A stretch of DNA of 64,000 nucleotides from an uncultured Solirubrobacteraceae bacterium (lineage in GTDB: Bacteria; Actinomycetota; Thermoleophilia; Solirubrobacterales; Solirubrobacteraceae). The notes beneath the pieces were generated by a model. The model worked only from the letters and a program-made list of their open reading frames with translations, was not told the origin of the DNA and ran no database searches. Position 1 is the first letter of the stretch; each line of letters starts with the position of its first letter. The DNA lies in the NCBI GenBank assembly GCA_964588985.1, contig CAZPQW010000001.1, positions 128,001 to 192,000 on the forward strand, written 5' to 3'. Below, in pieces: positions 8,020 to 18,600 of this stretch. The position numbers and the translations under genes were made by a program.

Positions 8020-11000
8020 CGTCCGCTCGCTCCGTTCACGGTCCCGACCGGGTGCGCGACGCCGTTTCCGTTGCCGTTGGTCTTCTGCGCGGGCTGCGCG
8101 GCGCCGCCCGCCGCGTCCATCGCCGCTTCGAGCGCGGGAGCGAGATATTCGATGAGCGTCGGGGCGCCGTTGCCTTTGGTGATGTTCTCGTGCGTCATGT
8201 CCGGCCCGACGACCTGGTGGAGCACCACGCCTCCACGTGCAATCGGGTGCCACGGCGTCGGCTGGTCCCCGGGAGCCGTCTGCGGGCGGAAGTAGTCGAT
8301 GCGCACGTCGGAGGGCGGCGGCGAGTACATCTTCGCCGCGTGGCTCGAGGCGACGTGCACGAGGTTCCACGGCCGCCGTGGCGCCGGCAGGCCGGTCTTG
8401 CGGAGCACGTTCAGCGCGTAGTGGCCGCTGCGGAAGTAGAGCCTCGACCTGAGCCGCACCAGGCGATCGCGAACCCACACGGCTCGCTCCCTGAGGCCGC
8501 CGTCTCGGAATTCTTCGAGCTTGATGCGCCGGTTCTCCTCCTTGCTGGGCCCGCGCGTGCCCCGCGGAAAGGCGTCGATCAGCGCGACCATCCCCAGCTC
8601 CTCACCCTGCTCGGTCAGCTGCCGCGCGATCTCGTAAGCGACCACGCCGGCGAAGCAGAAGCCGCCGAAGAAGTACGGGCCGTGTGGCTGCACGCCGCGG
8701 ATCTCCTCGATGTAGTGAGTGGCGAGATCCTCGATCCGCGAGAGCGGCAGCCGGCTGCCGTCGACCCCCGGTGCGTGCAGCCCGTACAACGGCACGCTCT
8801 CCGGGAAACCCTCGACGAGCGCGTGATATCCGATCAGCCTGCCGGCGACGACGTCGACCAGGAAGAACGGAGGTCGCTCGCCCTGCGTCCGCATCGGTAC
8901 GACCGACGCCCACGTCTGCTTCTGCGTCGATGAGCTCTGCTCGTCGATCATCCGCGCGAGCTCGGCGATCGTCGCGCTCTGGAACAGCGACGCGAGCGGC
9001 AGGCGGGCGCCGAGGCGATCCTCGATCATCGCGAACAGGCGCACCGCGAGCAGCGAGTGCCCGCCCAACGCGAAGAAGTTGTCGGTGACGCCGATCTCCT
9101 CGACGCCGAGGATCTCGCGCCAGATCGCCACGAGTTGACGCTCGCTCTCGGTGCGCGCCGCCACGAGCTCGCCGGCCTCTTCCGCGCGGTCGAAGTGCGG
9201 CTCGGGCAGGGCGTTCACGTCGACCTTCCCGTTGGGGGTCCGTGGCAGCTCGTCGAGCGGCACCCACGCGGTCGGGATCATGTAGCCCGGCAGCAGCTCG
9301 GCGGCGAACGCGCGCAGCTCCTCCGGGCCCGGCGACTCGCACGCGTCCGCCGGGACCAGGTAGGCGATCAGGCGCGGCGCGCCGCTCTCGTCCTCCCGGT
9401 CGGTGACGGCCGCGGCGCTGACACGGGGGTGACGTTCGAGCACCGACTCGATCTCGCCGGGCTCGATCCTGAAGCCGCGGATCTTGAGCTGGCGGTCGCT
9501 GCGTCCGATGAATTCGATCGACCCGTCGGCGAGCCAGCGGGCGAGGTCGCCGGTGCGGTACATGCGCGCGTCGGGCTCGTCGCTGAACGGATCCGCGGCG
9601 AACCGTTCGGCGGTCAGCTCGGGGCGGTTGAGGTAGCCGCGCGCCACGCCGACGCCGCCGATGCACAGCTCGCCCGGGATCCCGATCGGCTGTGGCTCGA
9701 GGTTGGCGTCGAGCACGTACACGCGCGTGTTCGGGAGCGGCTGGCCGATCGGGACGAAACGCCCCGGGGGGAGATCCGCGTCGGGGGCGGGCTCGAAGTA
9801 CGTGCTGTCCATCGTCGCCTCGGTCAGGCCGTAGGAGTTCACCAGCCGCGTCGCGGGGCCGAGCACGCGCTTGAACTGCGTGTACTTGTCGTTTCGCCAC
9901 GGCTCTCCGCCGATCGCGAGGAACTTGAGGAAGTCGATCGGCTTGCCCTCGCGCTCGGCGTAGTCGAACAGCATCGTCGCGGTCGCCGGCACGAGCTCGG
10001 CGGCGTCCACGCCCTCGCGGGCCATCAGCGCGTACACGCTCGCCGGGTCGAGCACGACGTCCATCGGGCACAGCACGAGCTTCGCGCCCGCCGGCAGCGC
10101 GCGGACGATGTCGCCGCTGAACACGTCGAAGGAGGGGCTCGCCATCTGCAGATGGGCGCTCAGCTCGCGGAGGCGGTACTCGCCCTCGTAAGCGAAGTAC
10201 ACGCTCGCGAGGCTGCGGTTGGTGATCATCACACCCTTCGGCTTCCCGGTGGACCCGCTCGTGTAGATCACATACGCGAGGTCCGCGCCGCCTGAAGTGG
10301 TCGGAGGATCGTCCTCCGAGGCGCCGTCGAGCGCTCCGGGCGCGTCCAGCGTGACGAGCGCCGCGTCGGTGTGCGGGAGCGGGCCCGCCACGAGGCTGTG
10401 GGTCACGAGCACGTCGGGCTTGGAGTCCGCGAGCATGAACTCCAGTCGGTCCGCCGGGTACATCGGGTCGAGCGGCACGTAAGCGCCGCCGGCCTTCATG
10501 ACGCCGAGCACGGTCGCGACGAGGTCCAGCGACTTCTGCATCAGGATCCCGACCAGCTTCCCCGGCTCCACGCCGCGCTCGCTCAGCAGGGAGGCAATGC
10601 GGTTCGCCTGCCGGTTGAGCTCCGCGAACGTCATCCGCTCCTCGCCGAGCACGACGGCTTCGGCGTCGGGTGTCCGCTTCACCTGCGCCTCGAACAGATC
10701 CTTGATCGAGTCGCTCGGCTGCGCCGGCGCCTGCGAGAACCCGTTCCACGACACGAGCACCTTCGAGCGCTCCGACTCCGACAGCATGGACAGCTGCGAC
10801 AGGCGCCGCTCGGCGCCGCTCGCCGCGCTTTCGGCGAGCGCCCGGAAGTGCTCCATCATGCGGTTGACGGTCGCCGGCTTGAACAGCTCGGTGCTGTACT
10901 CCCACGTCGTGTTCATGCCGAGCTTGCGCTCGCTGACCCCGAGCAGCACGTCGAACTTCGACCAGCCCTTCGCGTGCGAGATCTCCGTGCAGCGAATGCC

Positions 11001-12254
11001 CAGCGGTTCGAACCGCGGGCGATTGTCCTGCCACGCGGGGTTGTGGTAGACGATCATCGCCTGGAAGACGGGCGTCTGACTGAGGTCGCGCTCGGGGTTC
11101 GTGGCTCGAACGACCGTCTCATATGGCACGTCGGCGTGCTGGAAGGCGTCGAGCGTGGTGTCGCGCACGCGCATGAGCAGCTCGCTGAAAGTCGGGTCGC
11201 CCGACAGGTCGACCCGCAGCGCGAGCGGATTGATGAAGTAGCCGACCATCGATTCGAGCTCGGTCCGGTTGCGTCCGGCGAACGGTGTCCCGATCACCAC
11301 GTCGTCCTGCCCGGAGTAGCGCGAGAGCAGCGTCGAGAACAACGCGAGCGTCGCGACGAACAGCGTCGTGTCGTTGCCGCGCGCCGCCGCGTGCAGGCCC
11401 TCGCGCGACGGCATGTCGAGCATCATGCTCATGTGGTCGCCGAGGTAGGAGCGGATCGGCGGCCGCGGGAAGTCGGTCGGCAGATCCAGGCGCGAGGGCG
11501 CGCCCGCGAGCTTGCGCTTCCAGTAGCCGAGCTGCGCGTCGGCGACCCCGCCGTCGAGCCACTCGCGCTGCCACACCGCATAGTCGGCGTACTGGATGGG
11601 GAGTGTCGGCAGCGATGGCTCCTCGTTGCTCGCGAAGGCGTCGTAGAACACGCTCAGGTCACGGAAGAGGGCGGTGCGCGAATAGCCGTCGGTGGCGACG
11701 TGATGCAGGTTCAGCATCAGGATGTTCTCGTTGTCCGACAACTGGATCACGGTCGCGCGCATGATCGGACCGTTGACGAGGTCGAATGCGAACCGCGACT
11801 CGTCCTTGAGGATCCTCTGCGCCTCCGCCTCGCGCTCGTCAGAGGGTTGATCGCGCAGATCGACCACGTTCAGGTCAACCGGGGCCGTCGCTCCGATCAC
11901 CTGCATCGGTCGACCGTCGATCACCGTGTAGGTGGTGCGCAGGATCTCGTGCCGCTCGATCAGCGCCTCGAACGATCGTCTGAGGACATCGAGATCCAAA
12001 GATCCCTCGAGGTGAAAAGATCCCGGAGCGTTGTATGCGACGCCGTCGTCGAACACCTGGCTGAGCAGCCACAGGAGCTCCTGCGAGTTCGACAGCACGG
12101 ACGGGCTGTGAACCTCCCGGCGCGAGATCGCGTTGCGTCGCGCCACGTCCGTCCTGCGCTGCATCAGGCGCTGCTCGAGCAGCGCGCGCTGCGCTGGAGT
12201 CAGATTCTCGAGCCGCTGCGCTACGCGGGGATCCTTGCCACCGTCAACGCTCAT
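8016..12254 (-). CDS. NRPS termination module C-A-T-TE (A: basic amino acid; TE with Cys nucleophile)
   Basis: HHVATDG; YTSGSTGKPKG; code about DVGEAGSMDK; GGHSLL; GFCFAG; ATG 12254 has a GAGAGG RBS (GTG 12278 is an alternative start). Confidence 0.93.
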   Translation of the reverse strand: MSVDGGKDPRVAQRLENLTPAQRALLEQRLMQRRTDVARRNAISRREVHSPSVLSNSQELLWLLSQVFDDGVAYNAPGSFHLEGSLDLDVLRRSFEALIERHEILRTTYTVIDGRPMQVIGATAPVDLNVVDLRDQPSDEREAEAQRILKDESRFAFDLVNGPIMRATVIQLSDNENILMLNLHHVATDGYSRTALFRDLSVFYDAFASNEEPSLPTLPIQYADYAVWQREWLDGGVADAQLGYWKRKLAGAPSRLDLPTDFPRPPIRSYLGDHMSMMLDMPSREGLHAAARGNDTTLFVATLALFSTLLSRYSGQDDVVIGTPFAGRNRTELESMVGYFINPLALRVDLSGDPTFSELLMRVRDTTLDAFQHADVPYETVVRATNPERDLSQTPVFQAMIVYHNPAWQDNRPRFEPLGIRCTEISHAKGWSKFDVLLGVSERKLGMNTTWEYSTELFKPATVNRMMEHFRALAESAASGAERRLSQLSMLSESERSKVLVSWNGFSQAPAQPSDSIKDLFEAQVKRTPDAEAVVLGEERMTFAELNRQANRIASLLSERGVEPGKLVGILMQKSLDLVATVLGVMKAGGAYVPLDPMYPADRLEFMLADSKPDVLVTHSLVAGPLPHTDAALVTLDAPGALDGASEDDPPTTSGGADLAYVIYTSGSTGKPKGVMITNRSLASVYFAYEGEYRLRELSAHLQMASPSFDVFSGDIVRALPAGAKLVLCPMDVVLDPASVYALMAREGVDAAELVPATATMLFDYAEREGKPIDFLKFLAIGGEPWRNDKYTQFKRVLGPATRLVNSYGLTEATMDSTYFEPAPDADLPPGRFVPIGQPLPNTRVYVLDANLEPQPIGIPGELCIGGVGVARGYLNRPELTAERFAADPFSDEPDARMYRTGDLARWLADGSIEFIGRSDRQLKIRGFRIEPGEIESVLERHPRVSAAAVTDREDESGAPRLIAYLVPADACESPGPEELRAFAAELLPGYMIPTAWVPLDELPRTPNGKVDVNALPEPHFDRAEEAGELVAARTESERQLVAIWREILGVEEIGVTDNFFALGGHSLLAVRLFAMIEDRLGARLPLASLFQSATIAELARMIDEQSSSTQKQTWASVVPMRTQGERPPFFLVDVVAGRLIGYHALVEGFPESVPLYGLHAPGVDGSRLPLSRIEDLATHYIEEIRGVQPHGPYFFGGFCFAGVVAYEIARQLTEQGEELGMVALIDAFPRGTRGPSKEENRRIKLEEFRDGGLRERAVWVRDRLVRLRSRLYFRSGHYALNVLRKTGLPAPRRPWNLVHVASSHAAKMYSPPPSDVRIDYFRPQTAPGDQPTPWHPIARGGVVLHQVVGPDMTHENITKGNGAPTLIEYLAPALEAAMDAAGGAAQPAQKTNGNGNGVAHPVGTVNGASGR

Positions 12255-12321
12255 CGCGGTTGCCTCTCTTCGAGCCACGGTGAGAGATCCTTGGCCATCC
12301 GTGCCTCCCCCGCAACCTCGC

Positions 12322-12394
12322 TCACATGTCCTTTGCGAGCGGAAATCTTAGCATAGGAAATTCACATCGTCGGGAGACTCGTTGCCTCTCACAT
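12322..12394 (-). promoter_or_regulatory. Internal promoter with extended -10 and three ATGTGA repeats
   Basis: Minus-strand TGCTAAGAT (12345-12353); TCACAT at 12322, 12362 and 12389 in an AT-richer gap. Confidence 0.45.
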
Positions 12395-12423
12395 GGTGGA
12401 AAACACTCACGGTTCCCCATGGT

Positions 12424-15400
12424 CTAGTCAACTCCCTCGACCTCCGCCAACAGGGCGGAGAGCTCATCCTCGTCGGTCGCGCCGTACAGCTCAGCGGTGA
12501 TGATCGCCGCAAGCCCGCGGACCGTCGAGTGCTCGAACACGCTGTGCAGGAAAAGCTCGAGGTCGAAGGTCTCCCGCAGTCGCGAGAACATCTTCACCGC
12601 CAGCAGCGAGTGGCCGCCGAGATCGAAGAAGTCGTCGTCGAGCCCGACCCGCTCGACACCGAGGATCTCGCTCCAGATCGACGCGAGCGACTGCTCGACA
12701 GGAGTCTCGGGCGCCGCGTACGTGCGCTCCATCGCGGGTCGCGACCCGTCGGGCGGCGGCAGCGCCGAGCGATCGAGCTTGCCGTTCGCGGTCACCGGGA
12801 ACGCGTCTAGTGCGACGAACGCCGAGGGCACCATGAACGGCGGCAGTCGCGTCTTGCACAGTCGCCGCAGTTGCTCCGCGTCCACGGCGCGATCGCCCAC
12901 CGGCACGACGTAGGCCACGAGCCGTTGGTCGCCGGGGCTGTCCTCGCGCACGATCGCCACCGCCCCCGACACGTCCGGATGCCCGTCGAGGACGGCCTCG
13001 ATCTCGCCCAGCTCGATCCGAAAGCCGCGCAGCTTCACCTGCTGGTCGATCCGCCCGAGGAACTCGAGCGTCCCGTCCTTGCGCCAGCGGACGAGGTCGC
13101 CCGTGCGGTAGAGGCGTGCGCGGGCTCCCATCGAGAACGGGTCGCCCACGAACTTCTCCGCCGTCAGCTCCTCACGGTTGCGGTAGCCGAGAGCGAGTCC
13201 GTCTCCGCCGATCAGCAGCTCCCCGGGGACTCCGATCGGCACCGGCTGACGGTTGGCGTCGAGCACGTAGAAGCGCGTGTTGGCGATCGGCCCGCCGAGC
13301 GGTATCGGTCCCTCGCCCGGCTCCAGCTCCAAGATCGAGGACCACACGGTCGTCTCGGTCGGCCCGTACATGTGCCACAGCGACGCGCAGCGCGACTGCA
13401 GCTCCTCCGCCAGCGCGCGCGAGAGCGCCTCGCCGCCGCAGACGATCTTCAGCGCGGCGCTCCCCGTCCAGCTCGCGTCGACGAGCACCTGCCACGTGGT
13501 GGGCGTCGCCTGCACGAAGCTCGCCCCGGCGCGCGCGAGCCAGTCGGCGAGTTCCACTCCGTCGAGTGTCGCCTCGCGGGGGACGATCACGAGCCGAGCG
13601 CCGCTCGTGAGCGGCAGATACCAGTCCGGCACCGAGAGGTCGAACGCGGGCGTGGTCAGGTTCGCGACGACGTCGTGCTCCGACAGGCCCGGACGCTCGC
13701 GCATGTGGGAGACCAGGTTCGCGACCGAGCGGTGTGTGATCTCGACGCCCTTCGGCTGGCCCGTCGAGCCCGAGGTGTAGATCACGTACGCGCGCTGCTC
13801 CGGGTCGACCTCGACGCCGACCGGCCCCGCGGGACGTTCCTCGATCCTCGCGAGGTCGCGATCGACGCAGATCACACGTGCGCCGCGTGGGTCGACCGCG
13901 CCGAGGAGCCGGCTCTGCGTGATCAGCGCCGGCGCCTGCGCGTCCGCGAGCATGAACTCCTGGCGTTGAGGAGGGTATGTCGGGTCGATCGGCACGTAAG
14001 CGGCGCCCGTCTTGAGAACCGCGAGCATCGAGACGAGCAGGTCGACCGAGCGCTCGAGGCACATGCCGACGAGGCTTCCCGGCTCGACCCCCGCGTCGAT
14101 CAGCTCGTGCGCCAGCTGGTTCGAGCGCGCGTCAAGCTCGCCATACGTCAGCCGGTCGTGCTCGAACACGACCGCGATCGCCTCGGGCGAGCGCGCCGCC
14201 TGCTCGGCGAAGAGCTCGTGCAGGCAGCGGCGGTCGTACGGCTGCCTGGTCGCGTTCCAGTCGACGAGCATCGTCTGGCGCTCCTGGGCCGTGAGGATCG
14301 GCAGTCGCGAAAGTCGCTGCTCGGGGTCGCGCCCGACCGCCTCCAGCAGCGTCCGCAGGTGGCCGATCAGGCGCTCCACGGTCGAGCCGTCGAACACGTC
14401 GGTCGCGTGGCCGACGTTGAGGTGCAGGGCGCCGTCTGGCAGGTCGTGGGCGATGATCGACAGGTCGAAGCGCGCCGACTCCCAGCCCGGCACCGGAACC
14501 TGCTCGGCGTTCGCGCCGGCCAGTGAGCGCTGGCGCGTTCCCACGATGTCGTAGCCGAAGAGGACCTGGAAGATGGGGGAGTGGCTGCGCGCCCGCTCGG
14601 GATTGAGCACCTCGACGAGCTTCTCGAACGGCAGCTCCTGATGTGTGAGCGCACCCAGCATCGTCTCCCTGACGCGTTCGAGCAGCTCCGCGAAGCTCGG
14701 GTCCGCCGACAGATCCGTCCGCAGCGCGAGCGTGTTGGAGAAGAACCCGAGCAACGGCGCGATCTCCTCGTGGTGACGCCCCGACACCGGCGCGCCGACG
14801 ACCAGGTCCTCCACGCCGGTGTATCGGTGCAGCAGGACCTTGAACCCTGCCAGCAGCACCATGAACAGCGACACGCCCTCGCGCTGCGCCAGCTCGCGAA
14901 GCGGTGCGACCTCCTGCGCGGGAACGCTCGCCTCGTACCAGGAGCCGCGGTAGCTCTGCGCGCTCGGCCGGGGCCGGTCGGTCGGCAGCTCCAGCCGATC
15001 GGGCGCTCCCGCGAGTCGTCCGGTCCAGTAGTCGATCGACTCCGTCAGCGGCTCGCCGTCGAGATGGGCGCGCTGCCACCGCGCGAAGTCCGAGTACTGG
15101 ACCGCGAGCGGCGCCAGCTCGGGCTCGCGACCGTTCTCGATCGCCGTATACGCGGCATCGAGCTCGGCGAACAGCAGGCCCCCGGACTGGTGGTCGGAGG
15201 CCATGTGATGGAGCACCACCAGCAGCAGATCCTCGCCGTCGCGGACGTGCACGAGGGCGGCGCGCAGCAGCACGTCGTGGGCGAGGTCGAACGGGCGGCG
15301 GACGAGCTCGCCGAGGATCTCTCGGGCGTGGCCGTCGGGGTCCGGCAGCGACGCCCGCCGCAGGTCGGTGACCTCGAGCTCGAACGGCGCGGGTGGGCTG

Positions 15401-15663
15401 ACCTCCTGCACCGGCGCCCCGTCGATCAGCCTGATCGTCGTGCGCACTATCTCGTGCCGCTCGACCACGTGGTCGAAAGCGCGACGCAGCGTGTGCTCGT
15501 CGAGCGTGGCGGCGATCCGGTACAGGGTCGGGACGTTGTAGGCCGAGCTGCCCGGCATGATCTGGTCCAGCAGGAACAGCCGCTCCTGCGGGAACGACAA
15601 CGGCGCCGGACCATCGTCTGTGCGCCGCGTGATCGTCGTGGCGTCAGCGCGCGCCGCGCACAT
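12424..15663 (-). CDS. NRPS module C-A-T (A: Gly-like variant)
   Basis: LSFPQERL, HHMASDH, YTSGSTGQPKG, code about DLPQVGMVWK, GGHSLL, acidic C-terminal tail; ATG 15663 in TGATG overlap. Confidence 0.92.
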   Translation of the reverse strand: MCAARADATTITRRTDDGPAPLSFPQERLFLLDQIMPGSSAYNVPTLYRIAATLDEHTLRRAFDHVVERHEIVRTTIRLIDGAPVQEVSPPAPFELEVTDLRRASLPDPDGHAREILGELVRRPFDLAHDVLLRAALVHVRDGEDLLLVVLHHMASDHQSGGLLFAELDAAYTAIENGREPELAPLAVQYSDFARWQRAHLDGEPLTESIDYWTGRLAGAPDRLELPTDRPRPSAQSYRGSWYEASVPAQEVAPLRELAQREGVSLFMVLLAGFKVLLHRYTGVEDLVVGAPVSGRHHEEIAPLLGFFSNTLALRTDLSADPSFAELLERVRETMLGALTHQELPFEKLVEVLNPERARSHSPIFQVLFGYDIVGTRQRSLAGANAEQVPVPGWESARFDLSIIAHDLPDGALHLNVGHATDVFDGSTVERLIGHLRTLLEAVGRDPEQRLSRLPILTAQERQTMLVDWNATRQPYDRRCLHELFAEQAARSPEAIAVVFEHDRLTYGELDARSNQLAHELIDAGVEPGSLVGMCLERSVDLLVSMLAVLKTGAAYVPIDPTYPPQRQEFMLADAQAPALITQSRLLGAVDPRGARVICVDRDLARIEERPAGPVGVEVDPEQRAYVIYTSGSTGQPKGVEITHRSVANLVSHMRERPGLSEHDVVANLTTPAFDLSVPDWYLPLTSGARLVIVPREATLDGVELADWLARAGASFVQATPTTWQVLVDASWTGSAALKIVCGGEALSRALAEELQSRCASLWHMYGPTETTVWSSILELEPGEGPIPLGGPIANTRFYVLDANRQPVPIGVPGELLIGGDGLALGYRNREELTAEKFVGDPFSMGARARLYRTGDLVRWRKDGTLEFLGRIDQQVKLRGFRIELGEIEAVLDGHPDVSGAVAIVREDSPGDQRLVAYVVPVGDRAVDAEQLRRLCKTRLPPFMVPSAFVALDAFPVTANGKLDRSALPPPDGSRPAMERTYAAPETPVEQSLASIWSEILGVERVGLDDDFFDLGGHSLLAVKMFSRLRETFDLELFLHSVFEHSTVRGLAAIITAELYGATDEDELSALLAEVEGVD

Positions 15664-18600
15664 CAGCCCTGGCCAGCCTCGGGCTGCAGATCCTCGGCCA
15701 GCAGCCGCCGCGCCTCCTCGTCGGACATGCCCTCGAGCTCGGCCATCAGCCGGGCCGTCTCGTCGCCCTCGGAGTCGCTCATCATGCCGACGATCTCGGC
15801 TGCGAGGCTCGCGACCGTGGGATACGTGAACAGGCTGTGCAACGGCAGGTCGACGGCGAAGTCGCTGCGCACCTGCGCCACGACCTGGGTGGCCAGCAGC
15901 GAGTGGCCGCCCAGCGCGAAGAAGTCTTCCTCGACACCGACCCTCGGCATCCCGAGCACCTGCGCCCAGATCGTGGCCACGGCCTCCTCGAGCGGAGTGC
16001 TCGGCGCCACGTAGTCGGCGCCGCCGTCGGCGCTCACGAGGTCCGGATCCGGTAGCGCCAGCCTGTCGATCTTCCCGCTCGGAGTCCGCGGCAGCTCCTC
16101 CATCACGACGATCGCCCCTGGCAGCATGTATTCCGGCAGCCACTCGGCCAGATGCCCGCGCAGCCCGGCATCGTCGACGCCCTGCTCGATCGAGCAGTAG
16201 GCGACGAGCCTCATGTCGGCGCCGGCGACGACGTGGGCGACCGTGATCGCCTCGCGCACCCCGGCGTGGCGTCTCAGCGCCGAGTCGACCTCTGCCGGCT
16301 CGACGCGGTAGCCGCGGATCTTCACCTGCTCGTCGATCCGGCCCATGAACTCGAGGCTGCCGTCCGGCAGCCAGCGCGCGAGGTCGCCTGTGTCGTACAC
16401 CCGCGCCCCCGCATCGGCCGCGAACGGGTCGGCGTAGAACCGCTCCGCGGTCAGCTCGGGCTCGCCGACGTAGCCTCGCGCGACCCCCGCGCCGCCGATC
16501 AGCAGCCGGCCGCTAACGCCCACCGGCGTGGGCGCCCCGCCGGCGTCCACCACGTAGCAGCGGGTGTTGGAGATCGGGCGCCCGATCGGCACGCTGGCCG
16601 GCTCGTACTCGCCCGGCCCCTCGTCGACGACGAACGTGCACGAGCCGACGGTCGTCTCGGTGGGGCCGTAGTGGTTGAGGATCGCGCAGCTCGACAGCCC
16701 GCGCACGCGCTCGACGAGGTCCCAGCCGGCCCGCTCGCCGCCGAGCACGAGCCAGCGCCGGGGCAGCACGCGGGCATCGCCCGCCGCCAGCAGCGCGCCG
16801 ACGTGAGACGGGGTGATCTTCAGCACGTCCACCGGCGTGGACTGCATCAGCGCGGCGAGCGCGCCCGGGTCGCCGGCCGCCGCCTGGCTCACGAGCACGA
16901 GCGTGCCGCCCGAGCACAGCGCGCCGAATATCGACGTGTTCCCGAGGTCGGTGGACACGGAGGTCACCAGCCCGAACGACAGCTGCTCCTCGTCGGCCCC
17001 CAGGCGACGGACGATGTCCGCGGCGTAGTTGGCGAGGTTCCCGTGCGTGACGTCGACGCCCTTGGGGGCGCCGGTGGAGCCGGACGTGAAGATCACGTAC
17101 GCGCGGTGCTCCAGCCCCGCTCCGCCCTCCAGCGGCTCGGCGGGCTCGCGCTCGATCGCCTCGCGGTCGCGGTCGAGGCACACGACCTCGCCCTCGAAGC
17201 CGTGCAGCCGCTCAAGCAGCGCCTCCTGGGTCACGACCGTGCTCGCTCCCGCCGCAGCGAGCTGGTGGCACAGTCGCGCCGGCGGATGCTCGTGGTGCAG
17301 CGGCACGTATGTGCCGCCCGCCTTCAGGATCCCGAGCAGGCCGACGACCATCTCCACCGAGCGGTCCGTGCACAGTCCCACGGTCACGTCCGGTCCCACG
17401 CCTGCGGCGTGCAGCCGCCGCGCGAGCCTGTTCGCGCTCGCGTCCAGCTCGCCGTAGGTGAGCGAGCGCTCGCCGTCGGTCACCGCCGTGCGCCCGGGAG
17501 TTGACCGGGCGTGGCTCGCGAACAGCTCGTGCACGCACTCCGCGGGCGCCGGTGCGCCGGTGTCGTTGAACTCCCGCAGCACGCGTGCTCGCTCCCGCTC
17601 CGAAAGCAATTCGATCCCGCCAAGCGCCGCGCTGGGGTCCGCGGCGGCCGCGGCGAGCACTCCGCGCACACCCTCGGCGAGGCCCTCGACCGTCTCGCGC
17701 CGGTGGCGTGCGGGGTCGAAGGCGAGGCTCACCGCGAGCCGCTCGCCGTCGGTCCCGCACATCGCGAGCAGGCGCAGCTCGGGTCCGGAGCACACCATCG
17801 CCTCGATTCGCACGCTCACGCCCTCGGGCTGTGCGAGCGCGAGCGGGTACTCGGCGAAGCCGATGTCGAGCCCCCCGCCGTCGGCGGGTGCGTAGTCCTG
17901 CCTGACGAGCGCCTGCTCGCGCGCCTGCACCACGTCGGCGAGCGCCTCGGCGAAAGTGCGCGAGCCCTCGACGCGCACGCTCACGGGCACGGGCCGAGCG
18001 AACGTGCCGACCGCGCCATCCAGGTCCGGGTGCCGCCGCTCTCCGGCGAGATATGCGCAGGTTGACTCCTCCTCGTTGGAGTAGCGGGCCAGCACCGCGT
18101 GCCACGCGGCCTGCACGGCAGCGGCTGGGCCGGCTCCGTAGCGGGCCGTCTGCTCGCGCAGCCCCCGCGCGAGCGCCTCGTCGATCGCCACCACGACCTC
18201 CTCGAGCGGCTCCGAGACGTCCTTGCGCGTGAACGGGAGCGCCGGCGCGGCTGCGCCGGCGTCCTGCGCCCAGAAGGCGCGCGCGGCGGCGGCCTCCTCG
18301 TCGTCGGACTCGCTCAGCTCGTGCTGCCACGCGGCGAAGTCGGCGTACTGCAACGGATCTTGCACCAGCTCGGTCGAAGCCAGCACGCCCGCCACCTCGC
18401 CGAGCACGAGCGCGGCCGACGCGCTGTCCGCGCACAGCGCGGAGATCGTCAGCACGAGCGCGAACGCCTCTCCGTCCGTCGTGAGGATGCTCGCGCGTAC
18501 GAGCGGACCCTGGTTCGTGTCGAAGGGCGCCGCGAGCTCCGCCGCGCGCACCTCGGCCAGCCGCCGCTCGCGCTCCGGCGCTGCAGCGGTGTCCACCACG

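Noticed and set aside
12300-12350. c-di-GMP or other known riboswitch in the NRPS gap
   Set aside because: Only a short imperfect stem with GCAAA; the consensus architecture is not matched
18400-18460. Loss of HHxxxDG as a sign of pseudogenisation
   Set aside because: Frames are intact, the same pattern occurs twice, and it fits interface domains paired with a hydroxylase
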